Positions 51,512 to 61,708 of a DNA stretch of 64,000 nt are shown here, piece after piece. How positions within the stretch are numbered: the stretch's first letter is position 1; the number at the start of each line of letters is the position of its first letter. The notes under the pieces are model-generated. The model saw nothing but the letters and a program-made list of their open reading frames with translations. It had not been told where the DNA came from and searched no databases. This DNA is from Candidatus Saccharimonadia bacterium (GTDB lineage: Bacteria > Patescibacteriota > Saccharimonadia > UBA4664 > SCTI01), in contig JBKJLI010000003.1 in the NCBI GenBank assembly GCA_046597065.1, forward strand, positions 2,807 to 66,806. The letters run 5' to 3'. The position numbers were made by a program, and so were the translations under genes.

Positions 51512-53009
51512 AAGCTTATTGCTCCTACTTAAGCGTGTGCGCACTGAATGGCAACAACGCGTATATTTTGATTACTTATTTTTAGCAATAATCTGTCTAT
51601 CTGCGGTCGCTCTCAATATAGTTTGGAGAAATATTGAAACCAGGCCGCCGCACTGGGATATGGCAAGACACCTCTGGACCAGCTTGCAATACTTTAATAA
51701 CTGGTCAAACCATAGTATTAATGCGCTACTCAACCAGTATTTTTATTACCCTCCCCTAATCTATTGGGTCAGCATCCCAGTCTACTTAATCTTTGGTGCA
51801 TCGGTTAGCTCTGCCGTTTTAGTAAGTAACCTGTTCTTACCAATACTAGTATTTTCAACTTACGGGATAGGCCGCAGACTTTGGGGTCGGCTTGTCGGGC
51901 TATCTTCGGCTATTGTTGTAATGTCTTATCCAATTGTCACCAGCCAGTTCAAGGAATACCAGTTAGATGCGCCGCTAATGGCTATGGTTGCGCTGGCCGT
52001 TCTAGCTTTAATTCTAGCTCGTGAGTTTTCAATTAAGTGGATGAGTATGGCATTTGGGGTCGTATTTGGGTTGGGGATGCTAACGAAGTGGACCTTCATT
52101 GTAGCCATAGCCGCTCCACTGGCAATGGCATTAATAATAATGTCTTTGCGGGTCTATAAAACTCGAAACTATAGACCCCTCCAATATGTTTTTGTGGCGG
52201 GATTAATCGCCTATACTATAGCCAGTATCTGGTACCTGCCCAACCAAGTGCAGTTGAGGATCGATATGAGCAGCAACGGGGTGGCTCAAGCTCTCGCAGA
52301 GGGCGACCCAATACCTGGATCTTTTAATGCATATAGCTGGTACGCGGCTACACTGCTTAACGTACAAGTCTATCTGCTGCCAATACTACTGTTCTTTGTC
52401 GGCATTACCCAGAGCATCGCCCACAGAAAATCCTTCACTATCAATAAGTACCTATGGGCGACATTGATTGGATGCTATATTGGTTTTTCCTACCTTCCCA
52501 ATAAGGATGCTCGTTATACTATGGTGCTTTTGCCCGCCCTGGCAGTGCTTTCGGTTTATTGGATTCATTATTTGAAAAACCGGATAAAGTTGACGGCTGC
52601 CATGGCCATCATGCTAGTAAGTTTACTTATGTACTTCACTTTCAGCTTCGGCCTGCCCTTGGCACCGAAGCAAATTAGTTTAAATCGCCCAAATGTAACG
52701 CTGTTTGCCCAGCACGGATATATTATCGGCGCACCAACTAACGAGCTATGGCATCAAGAGGAAATATTTAAGTCTGTTGCCGGTAAAAGTTTGTCTATAA
52801 ATTACTCGGGACCGGAATCAATCTGGTTTAACAATTGGGGCATAGCATACTACTCAAACCTTTACCATGTGGCGCTGGTGTCTGACTCCCGAAAGGCTGA
52901 TCGCGTTGCTATCAGATCTAGCTCAACGGTTGTTGCGCCCGACGGTTTTCTAGAAAAACATATCTATTGCCTGCCAGATGGCACCAATCTATATATTTAT
53001 CAGAAATAG
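51468..53009 (+). CDS. GT-C (GT39/ArnT-like) membrane glycosyltransferase
   Basis: PPHWD..RH, YPPL, LD.P, GLGMLTKW, NKDARY; start uncertain, probably just after 51511. Confidence 0.82.
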   Translation: MQMQIRRTAQNLKPKSLLLLLKRVRTEWQQRVYFDYLFLAIICLSAVALNIVWRNIETRPPHWDMARHLWTSLQYFNNWSNHSINALLNQYFYYPPLIYWVSIPVYLIFGASVSSAVLVSNLFLPILVFSTYGIGRRLWGRLVGLSSAIVVMSYPIVTSQFKEYQLDAPLMAMVALAVLALILAREFSIKWMSMAFGVVFGLGMLTKWTFIVAIAAPLAMALIIMSLRVYKTRNYRPLQYVFVAGLIAYTIASIWYLPNQVQLRIDMSSNGVAQALAEGDPIPGSFNAYSWYAATLLNVQVYLLPILLFFVGITQSIAHRKSFTINKYLWATLIGCYIGFSYLPNKDARYTMVLLPALAVLSVYWIHYLKNRIKLTAAMAIMLVSLLMYFTFSFGLPLAPKQISLNRPNVTLFAQHGYIIGAPTNELWHQEEIFKSVAGKSLSINYSGPESIWFNNWGIAYYSNLYHVALVSDSRKADRVAIRSSSTVVAPDGFLEKHIYCLPDGTNLYIYQK

Positions 53010-53033
53010 CTGTTCAGCCCTATAATAGTCTCT

Positions 53034-54143
53034 ATGAAAATCATTATTGATGGCCGGATGATTGGCTGGACCGGAATTGGCCGCTACTCCATCGAACTGT
53101 TAAACCACCTCCAAGAGATAGACCAAGATAACGAGTACGTTGTGCTGGTTCGTAGCGTTGACTGGGATAAGTGGCAGCCAATCAGCTCTAATTTTAATCG
53201 CGTACGCTGCGACATTGAGCCTTACAGTTTAGCCGAGCAGCTTAAGCTGCCCTGGCAAATCCGCAAGCTACGGCCAGACATTGTGCATTTTTTAAGCATT
53301 AACTCCCCTATTATCGGGCACTTCCGACGGGTTACTACGGTGCATGACCTAACACTTATCGATTATGACGTTGCCCGTGGGTCGTGGATTAAGCAACAAG
53401 TTTACGGCTTAAAGCGATTGGTGCTGCGGATTCACGTTAATCTAGTTCTTAGGCGTTCTCGGCGAGTGATAGCTGATACCGAGTTTGGGCGGCAGAATTT
53501 AGTTAAGAGAAATTTGATTCGACCCAACAACGGCCACGCCATTCATTTGGGCGCCGGTATCGCGACGAATAACCTTATCAAACCTTCCCCCTATCCCCCA
53601 CTAATAAACCAAAGGTTTATCCTGGCTGTCGGCAATGCATTCCCCTACAAAAACCTCCAACGACTCATTGATGCTTATGCCCTGGCTCGGCCTAGGGAAA
53701 CCAAACTAGTGCTAGTTGGTAAGCCTGACTATTTTTATGAGCAGCTACAAACTTACGTAAAAAACAATAAAATTGTTGGGGTTCACTTTGCCGGCTTTGT
53801 GCCCGATACTCAGCTAGCCTGGCTATATCAACAAACTAGCTTATATGTTTTTCCTAGCCTCAGTGAAGGCTTTGGGCTACCGGGCTTAGAGGCCATGGCC
53901 TACGGCGCGCCGGTCGCTAGCAGCAACGCCACTTGTTTGCCTGAAGTCTACGGTGAGGCCGCTGCCTACTTTGATCCGAACGACACCGTCGACATCGCCC
54001 GGGTCATCACCGAGTTGCTGAATGACGCCAAGCTCAGCTCCAAGTTAATAAAAGCTGGGCACGAGCAGGTCGCCAAGTACTCCTGGGAGCGCATGGCCCA
54101 CCAAACCCTTGAGGTTTATAATCGAGCGCCGGGGGCAGAATAA
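53034..54143 (+). CDS. GT4 glycosyltransferase
   Basis: IDGR...TGIGRY, HDL, YKNL..LI.A, PSLSEGFGLPGLEAM. Confidence 0.93.
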   Translation: MKIIIDGRMIGWTGIGRYSIELLNHLQEIDQDNEYVVLVRSVDWDKWQPISSNFNRVRCDIEPYSLAEQLKLPWQIRKLRPDIVHFLSINSPIIGHFRRVTTVHDLTLIDYDVARGSWIKQQVYGLKRLVLRIHVNLVLRRSRRVIADTEFGRQNLVKRNLIRPNNGHAIHLGAGIATNNLIKPSPYPPLINQRFILAVGNAFPYKNLQRLIDAYALARPRETKLVLVGKPDYFYEQLQTYVKNNKIVGVHFAGFVPDTQLAWLYQQTSLYVFPSLSEGFGLPGLEAMAYGAPVASSNATCLPEVYGEAAAYFDPNDTVDIARVITELLNDAKLSSKLIKAGHEQVAKYSWERMAHQTLEVYNRAPGAE

Positions 54144-54151
54144 GTAATTCA

Positions 54152-55561
54152 ATGTATATGAATTTGCTTAGATTCAGAAAGCTACTTGCCCAGAAAAAAT
54201 ACTGGGTTATTGTGCTTATTGCAGTCCTAACTATCTCAATGGGGGCACGGTTTAATATAAAAATGGGACTTTCGGGTGACGAGCCGCACTACCTAGTTAT
54301 GGCAAATAGCCTCAAAGTCGATCATGATCTGAATGTAAAAAATGATTACGGGCAAAAAAGATACTTGCCGTACTACCCCGACACATTAGAGCCGCACATA
54401 AATTGGGCTCTGGTACAACAGTCCGGCGAACGTTGGCATTCAATACACGGGCCAGGTTTACCTCTACTAATTCTGCCCGGGGTCGTTTTTAGCAAGCGGC
54501 TTGGGGCACTCTTGATAATGATTGGCTTCGGATTGCTTGCAGTTGTTGCCGGTATATCTATTTCAAAACTAGTAGCAAGCAAAGGGGCTTCTTTTTTAGC
54601 CGGGCTGATGTTGGCATTAAGTGTTCCATTCCTCGCTCTAGCTGGCTATATCTTCCCAGATATAGTGATCGGATCGTTAACTGCATTAACATTTTTGCTA
54701 ATTAACATGAAATCCAAAACTCTTTGGCGAGATGTGGCGATTGGGGTATTATCGGCAACACTCATTTGGGTGCACGTCAAAACCAGTCTAGTTGCGGGAT
54801 CTCTCATTTTAATTGCAGTTTGGTACATTATTGAAAGTTCTAAGGATCTTACCAATCGCAATCGCAGGCTGGCAGCATTACTTGTGCCTTTCATTCTTTT
54901 GACCGGCCTACTTCAATTCAAGTTTTACCAATGGTTCGGTGTGTTCACTCCAAATGGTATCTATAAGGGTAACAATCAGCTATTTCAGCTGAATCCGTTC
55001 AAGTCACTCTTAGCAATACTATTCGATCCATTTAAGGGTCTGCTAATAATGAGTCCTATATGGTTTTGTGCCGTCGTGGGTTTGCCAGAATGGTATAAGC
55101 GAAATAAGAAGCAATTGTTATTTGTATTAGCAATAGTATTGCCGAGTTTTTTCATTCAATCTACTTTTGACGATTGGGCCGGAGGATGGAGCCCGCCAGC
55201 ACGATATACCGTTCAATATTTACCAATCCTGCTGCCAGCACTCGCGCTTGGCCTGGAGCTAATGCTGAGTAACGCAAAGATGCGGATCTACGCATTTACC
55301 CTCATTGTGGCACAAGTTACTATCGCCGCGACCTATATATTATTCAGGACTCCATGGGACTTCGCTGGTCACGAAGCTCCGTTTATTGTTGATTTGAAAG
55401 ACTCATTACATTTGAATTGGCTACCTACAATATTTTTCGACAACCATGCAAACCCTACAAAAGCTGGGATTGTAGTTATTTTAAGTAGCTTTTTCGTGAT
55501 GACTGCTTTATTAATTTTTAAAAAGTTTAGTCAATCAAGAAACAGCCGTAAAATAAGCTAA
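54152..55561 (+). CDS. GT-C-like polytopic membrane protein
   Basis: GDEPHYL.MA.SL..D.DL, H.PGLP.L..P, GLLI.SP, GGWSPPARY. Confidence 0.7.
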   Translation: MYMNLLRFRKLLAQKKYWVIVLIAVLTISMGARFNIKMGLSGDEPHYLVMANSLKVDHDLNVKNDYGQKRYLPYYPDTLEPHINWALVQQSGERWHSIHGPGLPLLILPGVVFSKRLGALLIMIGFGLLAVVAGISISKLVASKGASFLAGLMLALSVPFLALAGYIFPDIVIGSLTALTFLLINMKSKTLWRDVAIGVLSATLIWVHVKTSLVAGSLILIAVWYIIESSKDLTNRNRRLAALLVPFILLTGLLQFKFYQWFGVFTPNGIYKGNNQLFQLNPFKSLLAILFDPFKGLLIMSPIWFCAVVGLPEWYKRNKKQLLFVLAIVLPSFFIQSTFDDWAGGWSPPARYTVQYLPILLPALALGLELMLSNAKMRIYAFTLIVAQVTIAATYILFRTPWDFAGHEAPFIVDLKDSLHLNWLPTIFFDNHANPTKAGIVVILSSFFVMTALLIFKKFSQSRNSRKIS

Positions 55562-56031
55562 CCCCGCTTCTTTACCACCAGCCGGCGTCTTTTATCCTCG
55601 CCCCGGCTCTCGGTGGTAACGTGCTCGTGATCGGTAAACAGTGAGTGAATCTGGCGGCGTTCGGCGGCGTTCATTTGCGGCAGCGGCACCTCATCTTCCT
55701 CACCATCGGCCACCTTACGAGCAGCTTCGTGGGCGCGTTCGGCAAGCCGTTCTAAGCGGCCCTGGCGGTAGCTTCCAACATCTATGCGTACATACACTCG
55801 TTCGGCGGTTAGGCGCCTGATCATCATGTTTAAAACGTGCTGAAGCGCCTCTAGAGTTTCACCCCTATGCCCAATTACGTGGGCTCCGTCTTCGCTTGCT
55901 ACTGCGAGCAAAATTGTGTCTTCGTCGCGGATTACAGTAGCCTCCGCATTAACCCCAAAAAAGGCCAGCAAGTCCTCAAACTGTTGCTTGGCCGCCGCCT
56001 CAACCGCACTTCCGGTTAACTGCTCCCTCAT
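55558..56031 (-). CDS. jag: Jag/KhpB RNA-binding protein (KH plus R3H)
   Basis: IGHRGETLEALQ, MNAAERRQIH, TESRGE. Confidence 0.9.
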   Translation of the reverse strand: MREQLTGSAVEAAAKQQFEDLLAFFGVNAEATVIRDEDTILLAVASEDGAHVIGHRGETLEALQHVLNMMIRRLTAERVYVRIDVGSYRQGRLERLAERAHEAARKVADGEEDEVPLPQMNAAERRQIHSLFTDHEHVTTESRGEDKRRRLVVKKRG

Positions 56032-56873
56032 TTGCGAGCTCGCTTGCCGCCCTTTTTGCGCGCCTTGGCCTTTTTAGCTGAAGCAACCGGTTCGCTAGAA
56101 GCCAGTGTGCGAGTGGTGATCTTGCTTACTCCGGTTTCACCAACCACCTCCATTTCGTGGGCATCGCGCAGTAGCACGTGGTACTGCTGATAAACCGCAA
56201 TCGCGCTGGTAACCGTCCAGTATAGGGCCAAAGCCGAGGGCAGCGTTAAGCCGATGCCAAAGGTTAATATTGGGAAAAGGTAAATGATGTTCTGCATCAT
56301 CCGGACCTGGGGGTCGGTAGAGGCGGCGGCACCCTTGGGCTGTAGCATCTTGCTTTGGTAAAACTGGGCGGCGGCGGCGGTTAGCGCCAAAAACCAGCTA
56401 GGCTGGGCCAGGTTAATCACCCCAAACAGCGTTGGTGAAAAGCTTCCCGGGTTGGCGATAACGTTGGCCACTTCGGGGATGCGCTCAACAAAGCCGTAGG
56501 TTAGCTTGGCAATCTGGTCACCATGCACGGCGTCGCTAAATACAATGTAGATGGCAAAAAAGATTGGCAGCTGAAATAACAGCGGTAAAATTGGGGCCAG
56601 CGGGCTGGTACCCTTTTCTTTATACAAATCCATCATCATCTGGGTTTCAAGCTGGCGATCACCACCGGCCTTGGCCTTCACCTTGGCAATTTCGGGGGCC
56701 AGCGCTTGCACCTTCTTTTGCGAGTGCAGTTGCCTAGTTACTAGCGGCCAAATGGCTAGCCGGACTAAAACGGTTAGCAAAATAACCGCCAGGCCAAGAT
56801 CATGACCAGGCAGCCATCCATAAATGGCAAACAGAATGTTAAATAATGGTTGAACAAAAATTACGGTAAACAT
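56028..56873 (-). CDS. yidC: Membrane protein insertase
   Basis: G.AVILLT.LVR...WPL, LYKE.G.SP, QLPIF, LALYW. Confidence 0.95.
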   Translation of the reverse strand: MFTVIFVQPLFNILFAIYGWLPGHDLGLAVILLTVLVRLAIWPLVTRQLHSQKKVQALAPEIAKVKAKAGGDRQLETQMMMDLYKEKGTSPLAPILPLLFQLPIFFAIYIVFSDAVHGDQIAKLTYGFVERIPEVANVIANPGSFSPTLFGVINLAQPSWFLALTAAAAQFYQSKMLQPKGAAASTDPQVRMMQNIIYLFPILTFGIGLTLPSALALYWTVTSAIAVYQQYHVLLRDAHEMEVVGETGVSKITTRTLASSEPVASAKKAKARKKGGKRARK

Positions 56874-56887
56874 ATCTAAACCTGTCT

Positions 56888-57244
56888 CTACTTGGCTTTT
56901 GAGCCGTTAATTAAATCGGCCTTGGTTAACACCTCTACCACCAGCTTTTCCAGCTGGGCGGCGGTTTTGGCGCTAAGATCGGCGCGTACCGTCACTACTA
57001 TATCGTATCCGGGGGCGACTGTCTGCCACCCGCGTTGAGCCACTCCCACGATCTGTCGACGCAAACGGTTGCGAACGGTTGCGCGTTTAGACACCTTTTT
57101 ACTGACAATCACCACCAAACGGCTTTCGGCGTTGCCATTACGGGCCGATCGCACCAGCAGCTCTGGGTTTGATACTCCCCGACCCTGCTTAAAAACCCGC
57201 GAGATTTCGCGGGGTTTTTTTAAACGGTTGGGAGCTGGCAGCAC
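56888..57244 (-). CDS. rnpA: RNase P protein
   Basis: LP..NRL, VSKKVSKRATVRNRLRR, GYDIVV. Confidence 0.93.
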   Translation of the reverse strand: MLPAPNRLKKPREISRVFKQGRGVSNPELLVRSARNGNAESRLVVIVSKKVSKRATVRNRLRRQIVGVAQRGWQTVAPGYDIVVTVRADLSAKTAAQLEKLVVEVLTKADLINGSKAK

Positions 57245-57253
57245 CAGAGCGCC

Positions 57254-57391
57254 TTAAATTGCGACGCGCGTTCGGCCCTTGGCCCGACGTCGTTGCAACA
57301 CGGCTCGGCCGGCGCGACTAGACATGCGCTTTAAAAAGCCATGGACGCGTTGGCGGCGGGTTTTCTTTGGCTGATACGTTCGCTTACTCAT
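57254..57391 (-). CDS. rpmH: 50S ribosomal protein L34
   Basis: Hand translation [45 protein letters not shown] (45 aa, below the ORF-track cutoff). Confidence 0.97.
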   Translation of the reverse strand: MSKRTYQPKKTRRQRVHGFLKRMSSRAGRAVLQRRRAKGRTRVAI

Positions 57392-57626
57392 ACTCGAGAC
57401 ATCATAGCGGTTTTGAGCCTACAGGTCAATCCGTTGTAGGAGGTTAAAAGCGAACACTAAATTTGTTTTTCCCCGAAATTAGCCGATTTATCCCCCTTTT
57501 TACATCTGTTGCTGTATACCCTGTGGACAGAATGTATTAAAATTTCATGGTTGTGAGTTAGCCGCAATTACGGTTATGATTGAGCTATCAAACGACACTA
57601 AATTGCGTTTAAAACGGTGGAGGTTT

Positions 57627-58991
57627 ATGAGTTCACAAAAGCTGTGGCAGGCTGTTCTCGGCGAGCTAGAAGTTAGCTTTACCCGGGCTCAGTTTGAAAC
57701 TTGGTTCAAGGGCACCTCGGTGATTGCCAGCGAGGACGGCTACATTGTTGTGGGCGTTCCAAACATTTTCACTAAAGAGTGGCTCGAAAAAAAGTACTGC
57801 CAGCAGATTAGTGATAGCCTAAGCCGCATTGCCCCCGACATCGAGGGCATAAAGTACACCGTTACAACGGTGGGCGGCAAGGTTAGTGGCGCTCGTGATC
57901 AAATTATTGCCCCCATCGAAGCTCCGGTAACGGTTGTGGCCGCTACTCCAACTCCCACCCAGGGTGCCAATAAAAAACTCAATCACCGCTACACTCTAGA
58001 TGGTTTTGTGGTTGGTTCTAGTAATGATTTGGCCTTTGCGGCAAGTCAGGCCGTGGTGGCTGCGCCTGGTGCCAAGTACAACCCGCTATTTATTTACGGT
58101 GGCGTTGGGCTTGGCAAAACCCACTTAATTCAAGCCATTGGAAACGAAATCAACCGTAATGATCCCTCCAAAAAAGTCCTGTATGTCACCAGCGAACAGT
58201 TCACTAATGAGTTCTTAAACAGTATTTCCGGCAAAAGCACCAAAAAATTCACCGAAAAGTACCGCAGCCTAGACGTTTTAATCGTCGACGACATTCAGTT
58301 TTTGGGCAACAAAGAACGGACCCAAGAAGAGTTCTTTCACACCTTTAACACCCTGTATGAGGCTAATAAACAGGTTATTCTTTCGAGCGATAAACCACCA
58401 CGCGACATCCCCCACCTAGAAGACCGTCTGCGCTCTCGCTTTGGCTGGGGCATGGTGGCCGACATTCAAAAACCAGACTTTGAAACCCGCGCCGCCATTA
58501 TTCAGCGCAAGGCTGCTAGTCGTGGAATAAATCTAGAACTGCCGGTTATCGAACACATCGCTCGTCATCACCAGCACAATATCCGCGACCTCGAAGGCAC
58601 CTTAACCAACATTCTGGCTCAGTGTGAGCTAAAAGACCGCGAACCTTCACTCGAGTTTGTAAACTCTATTTTAGGTGCCGCAGCACCGGCCACTAAGCGC
58701 CGCTTGGCCACCCCTAAAATGATCATCGAAAAGACGGCCGGATTCTTTGATATTAGTCCGTCTGACATTACCGGCCAGTGTCGCGATAAAGATATTGTAG
58801 TACCACGCCAAATCGCCATGTATATCATGCGCCAAGAGTTGGGTTTGAGCTTTCCAAAGATTGCCCAAAACGTTGGCGGTCGCGACCACACAACGGCCAT
58901 GCATTCGGTATCAAAGATAGAGAAGTTATTAGAGGTTAATGAGGAGCTTCGCTCCGAGGTGAGTCAGGTTCGGGAACGCGTCACCCTGTGA
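57627..58991 (+). CDS. dnaA: Chromosomal replication initiator
   Basis: YNPLFIYGGVGLGKTHL, DDIQF, QEEFFHTFN, RLRSRF, GGRDHTT; start ATG 57627 after GGAGG. Confidence 0.98.
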   Translation: MSSQKLWQAVLGELEVSFTRAQFETWFKGTSVIASEDGYIVVGVPNIFTKEWLEKKYCQQISDSLSRIAPDIEGIKYTVTTVGGKVSGARDQIIAPIEAPVTVVAATPTPTQGANKKLNHRYTLDGFVVGSSNDLAFAASQAVVAAPGAKYNPLFIYGGVGLGKTHLIQAIGNEINRNDPSKKVLYVTSEQFTNEFLNSISGKSTKKFTEKYRSLDVLIVDDIQFLGNKERTQEEFFHTFNTLYEANKQVILSSDKPPRDIPHLEDRLRSRFGWGMVADIQKPDFETRAAIIQRKAASRGINLELPVIEHIARHHQHNIRDLEGTLTNILAQCELKDREPSLEFVNSILGAAAPATKRRLATPKMIIEKTAGFFDISPSDITGQCRDKDIVVPRQIAMYIMRQELGLSFPKIAQNVGGRDHTTAMHSVSKIEKLLEVNEELRSEVSQVRERVTL

Positions 58992-59276
58992 TCAAAGTGA
59001 CAAAAAGCTGGGGGAAAACTGAGGGTATCTTGTGGGCAAGGTCCCTCTTTTTGTTGGGCCGGTTAGCATCCTGGGGAAAAACCATAACAACTTTACCCAG
59101 TTTGGCCCCAACTCGTCCCCTAAACCGTAAGCAGTTTTCCCATTGGCTGGGGACGCAAAAAGGTTTAACTCAAGCTAAAAACCAGGGCTTTCCCCACTAT
59201 CCCCACCCCCTACTACTACCCCAACTTATTTTAAAAATTACTAAAGTATAATATTAGTCACGAAAGGTGTGGATTA
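58992..59276. other. Probable oriC unwinding region (variant DnaA boxes, DnaA-trios, AT-rich tract)
   Basis: dnaA-dnaN spacer: CTTTCCCCA-CTATCCCCA-CCCCC-TACTACTAC followed by an AT-rich run (59188-59255). Confidence 0.8.
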
Positions 59277-60383
59277 ATGAAACTCAGCGTCACCCAAGAA
59301 AATCTGAATAAGGCTCTAGCTTCAGTGGGGCGAGTTGTTAGTAACCGCGCCAGTCTGCCGGTATTAAGTAATGTCTTATTAAGTGCCGATTCTAGCCAAC
59401 TTAGAATTGCCGCAACCAATTTAGAGATTGGAATAAACTACTGGATTGGCGGCAAGGTCGAAGAAAAGGGCGCCTTAACTGTACCGGCAAGGTTGTTGGG
59501 CGAGTTCGTGGGTAATCTTCCAGCCGGTAATTTAGAGCTCAGCGCCGAGGATTCCAACTTAAGTGTTAAAGCCAAACACCACAATTCGCACATTAACGGC
59601 ATATCGGCCGAGGACTTCCCTTTAATTCCAGAGGTTAAGGGTGAGCCGGTTTTAACCCTAGAGTGTCAGCCGTTTAAAGAGGCTATTGCCGAAGTGGTTC
59701 TGGCGGCTGCGCTAGATGAAAGCCGACCGGTTTTGGCTGGAGTTTTAATGCGGATTGAAGATGGAGAGTTAATCATGGCCGCCACCGACAGCTTTCGCCT
59801 GGCCGAACGTCGCATAAAGCTGCCTAAGGGTCATAAAGGTGAGTTAGACGTAATTGTTCCGGCTCGTACCATGCAAGTGCTGGTGCGGATTCTGGGTGAC
59901 AGTGAGGGCGAGGCCAGTATGCACGTAGCCGACAGCCAGGTGTTATTTAGACTCGAAAATGTTGAGTTGGTTTCGCGCACCATCGATGGCACCTACCCCA
60001 ACTACCCCCAAATAATCCCAGCTACCGAGGAAACCAACGCCACCGTTAATGTGGCTGAATTAACTCGCATCACTAAGATGGCTAATCTGTTTGCCCGCGA
60101 AAATGGCGGCGGCGTTAAGGTTGAGGTTCAAGCCGAAGGCGAGATTAGGATTATGGCGGCGGCCAGTCAAGTTGGCGAAAACACCTCTAGCGCCGACTGC
60201 GAGGTGGCTGGTGATGACGCCGAAATTTCGATTAATGCTCGCTTTTTAACCGACGCCTTAGGGGTTATAAAAACCGAAAAGGTCAGCTTTAGCACCAGCG
60301 GCAAGCTTAACCCCTGCGTGCTGCGGCCGGTTGGCAACAACACCCACGACTATCTTCACATTATTATGCCGCTGCGCTCTTAG
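59277..60383 (+). CDS. dnaN: DNA polymerase III beta clamp
   Basis: LPVLSNVL, ATNLEI, SRPVLAGV, ATDSFRLAE, IIMPLR. Confidence 0.97.
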   Translation: MKLSVTQENLNKALASVGRVVSNRASLPVLSNVLLSADSSQLRIAATNLEIGINYWIGGKVEEKGALTVPARLLGEFVGNLPAGNLELSAEDSNLSVKAKHHNSHINGISAEDFPLIPEVKGEPVLTLECQPFKEAIAEVVLAAALDESRPVLAGVLMRIEDGELIMAATDSFRLAERRIKLPKGHKGELDVIVPARTMQVLVRILGDSEGEASMHVADSQVLFRLENVELVSRTIDGTYPNYPQIIPATEETNATVNVAELTRITKMANLFARENGGGVKVEVQAEGEIRIMAAASQVGENTSSADCEVAGDDAEISINARFLTDALGVIKTEKVSFSTSGKLNPCVLRPVGNNTHDYLHIIMPLRS

Positions 60384-60410
60384 CGGCTGCCGTTTAAATA
60401 AGATCAGACC

Positions 60411-61457
60411 GTGATTAAACGGCTTTCATTAACCAACTTTCGCTCCTACGCCAACACCAGCTTTGATTTTGGCCCACTGGTTACGGTTGTTGTGGGTCCT
60501 AACGCTACTGGTAAGACCAACTTGCTAGAGGCTGTGTTTGTACTAGCAACCACCCGCAGCTTTAGAGCCAAAGATCCAGAGTTAATTAACCATCAAGCCG
60601 ACTTTTACCGGATTGTGGCCGCCACCCCAAATGGTGAAATTGCCTTAGGCTATCAAAACAGCGATACCACTACCAAAAAGGCCCAGCACGACGGCGCCAA
60701 CCAAACCCTTATGCAGCATTTAGGCCACCTGCGTACCGTGCTGTTTGAGCCCAACGACTTACAGTTAATTTCTGGTGCGCCAGATCGCCGCCGCCGCTAC
60801 CTGGATTTTATCCTCACCCAAACCCAACCCAACTACTTAAAAACCCTGCATCAGTACCGAAGGGTGTTGCAACAACGCAACCGTCTGCTTTCCGACTGGC
60901 ATGGCAATGATGGCGAGCTGTTTGCCTGGAACCTTAAACTGACCGAACTGGCTACCGACATCGACACCGCACGCCGCACGCTCGTAGAGCATCTAAACCA
61001 GCGCATACCCACACTGTATGCAGAAATTGCCGGTAAGCCAGCCCAACTCGAACTAATCTACCTGGGCAGCGCCGATGCGATTAACTACTCCGATACCTTT
61101 TTGGCTCGGCTTGAATCCAACCTGTCGCGCGACATTGGTGCCGGCTTTACCACCATTGGCCCCCACCGCGACGATCTAGAGATCCGCTTTAAACAGGCCA
61201 GTACCACAGCCGTGGCCAGCCGCGGCGAAATGCGCACGGTAGTGCTGGCGCTAAAGTTTGCCGAGCTGGAATACATTCACAAACACTCTGGCATCTCCCC
61301 CATTCTTTTACTCGACGATGTTTTTAGTGAGCTCGACGGACGCCGCCGCGAGTACTTAATTAACCGGCTAGATAGCCACCAAGCTATAATTACCACAACC
61401 GACGCCGATACCAGCAAGCGCTTAGACGGAGCCACCGTAATCGAGACTAAACTATGA
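60411..61457 (+). CDS. recF: DNA replication/repair protein RecF
   Basis: NFRSY, GPNATGKTN, SFR, GPHRDD, SRGE, LLLDDVFSELD. Confidence 0.96.
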   Translation: MIKRLSLTNFRSYANTSFDFGPLVTVVVGPNATGKTNLLEAVFVLATTRSFRAKDPELINHQADFYRIVAATPNGEIALGYQNSDTTTKKAQHDGANQTLMQHLGHLRTVLFEPNDLQLISGAPDRRRRYLDFILTQTQPNYLKTLHQYRRVLQQRNRLLSDWHGNDGELFAWNLKLTELATDIDTARRTLVEHLNQRIPTLYAEIAGKPAQLELIYLGSADAINYSDTFLARLESNLSRDIGAGFTTIGPHRDDLEIRFKQASTTAVASRGEMRTVVLALKFAELEYIHKHSGISPILLLDDVFSELDGRRREYLINRLDSHQAIITTTDADTSKRLDGATVIETKL

Positions 61458-61708
61458 GTGATGATTTAAAAGACTATTTGGCCAAAAAAGCCACTCAACT
61501 GGGCCTTGAACGCGAAGATCAACTTGGCGAGATCCAAGCCTTCTTAAACCAGCTCCACCCCAACACCTACCGTGCCACCACCATTAATAATGGGGTATTA
61601 AAAATCGTAACTGCGAGCGCCCCCGCCGCCAGCGACCTCCGCCACAATCAGGTAGAACTACTCAGCCGTTTTGATTACGTAAAGCGTTTGGCAATTGTTA
61701 TCGGGTAG
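61454..61708 (+). CDS. dciA: DciA/DUF721-like helicase loader
   Basis: NGVLKIVTASAPAASDL; typical position after recF. Confidence 0.6.
   Translation: MSDDLKDYLAKKATQLGLEREDQLGEIQAFLNQLHPNTYRATTINNGVLKIVTASAPAASDLRHNQVELLSRFDYVKRLAIVIG

Noticed and set aside
58988-59251. 87-aa ORF between dnaA and dnaN
   Set aside because: It overlies the oriC elements and has no recognisable protein features.
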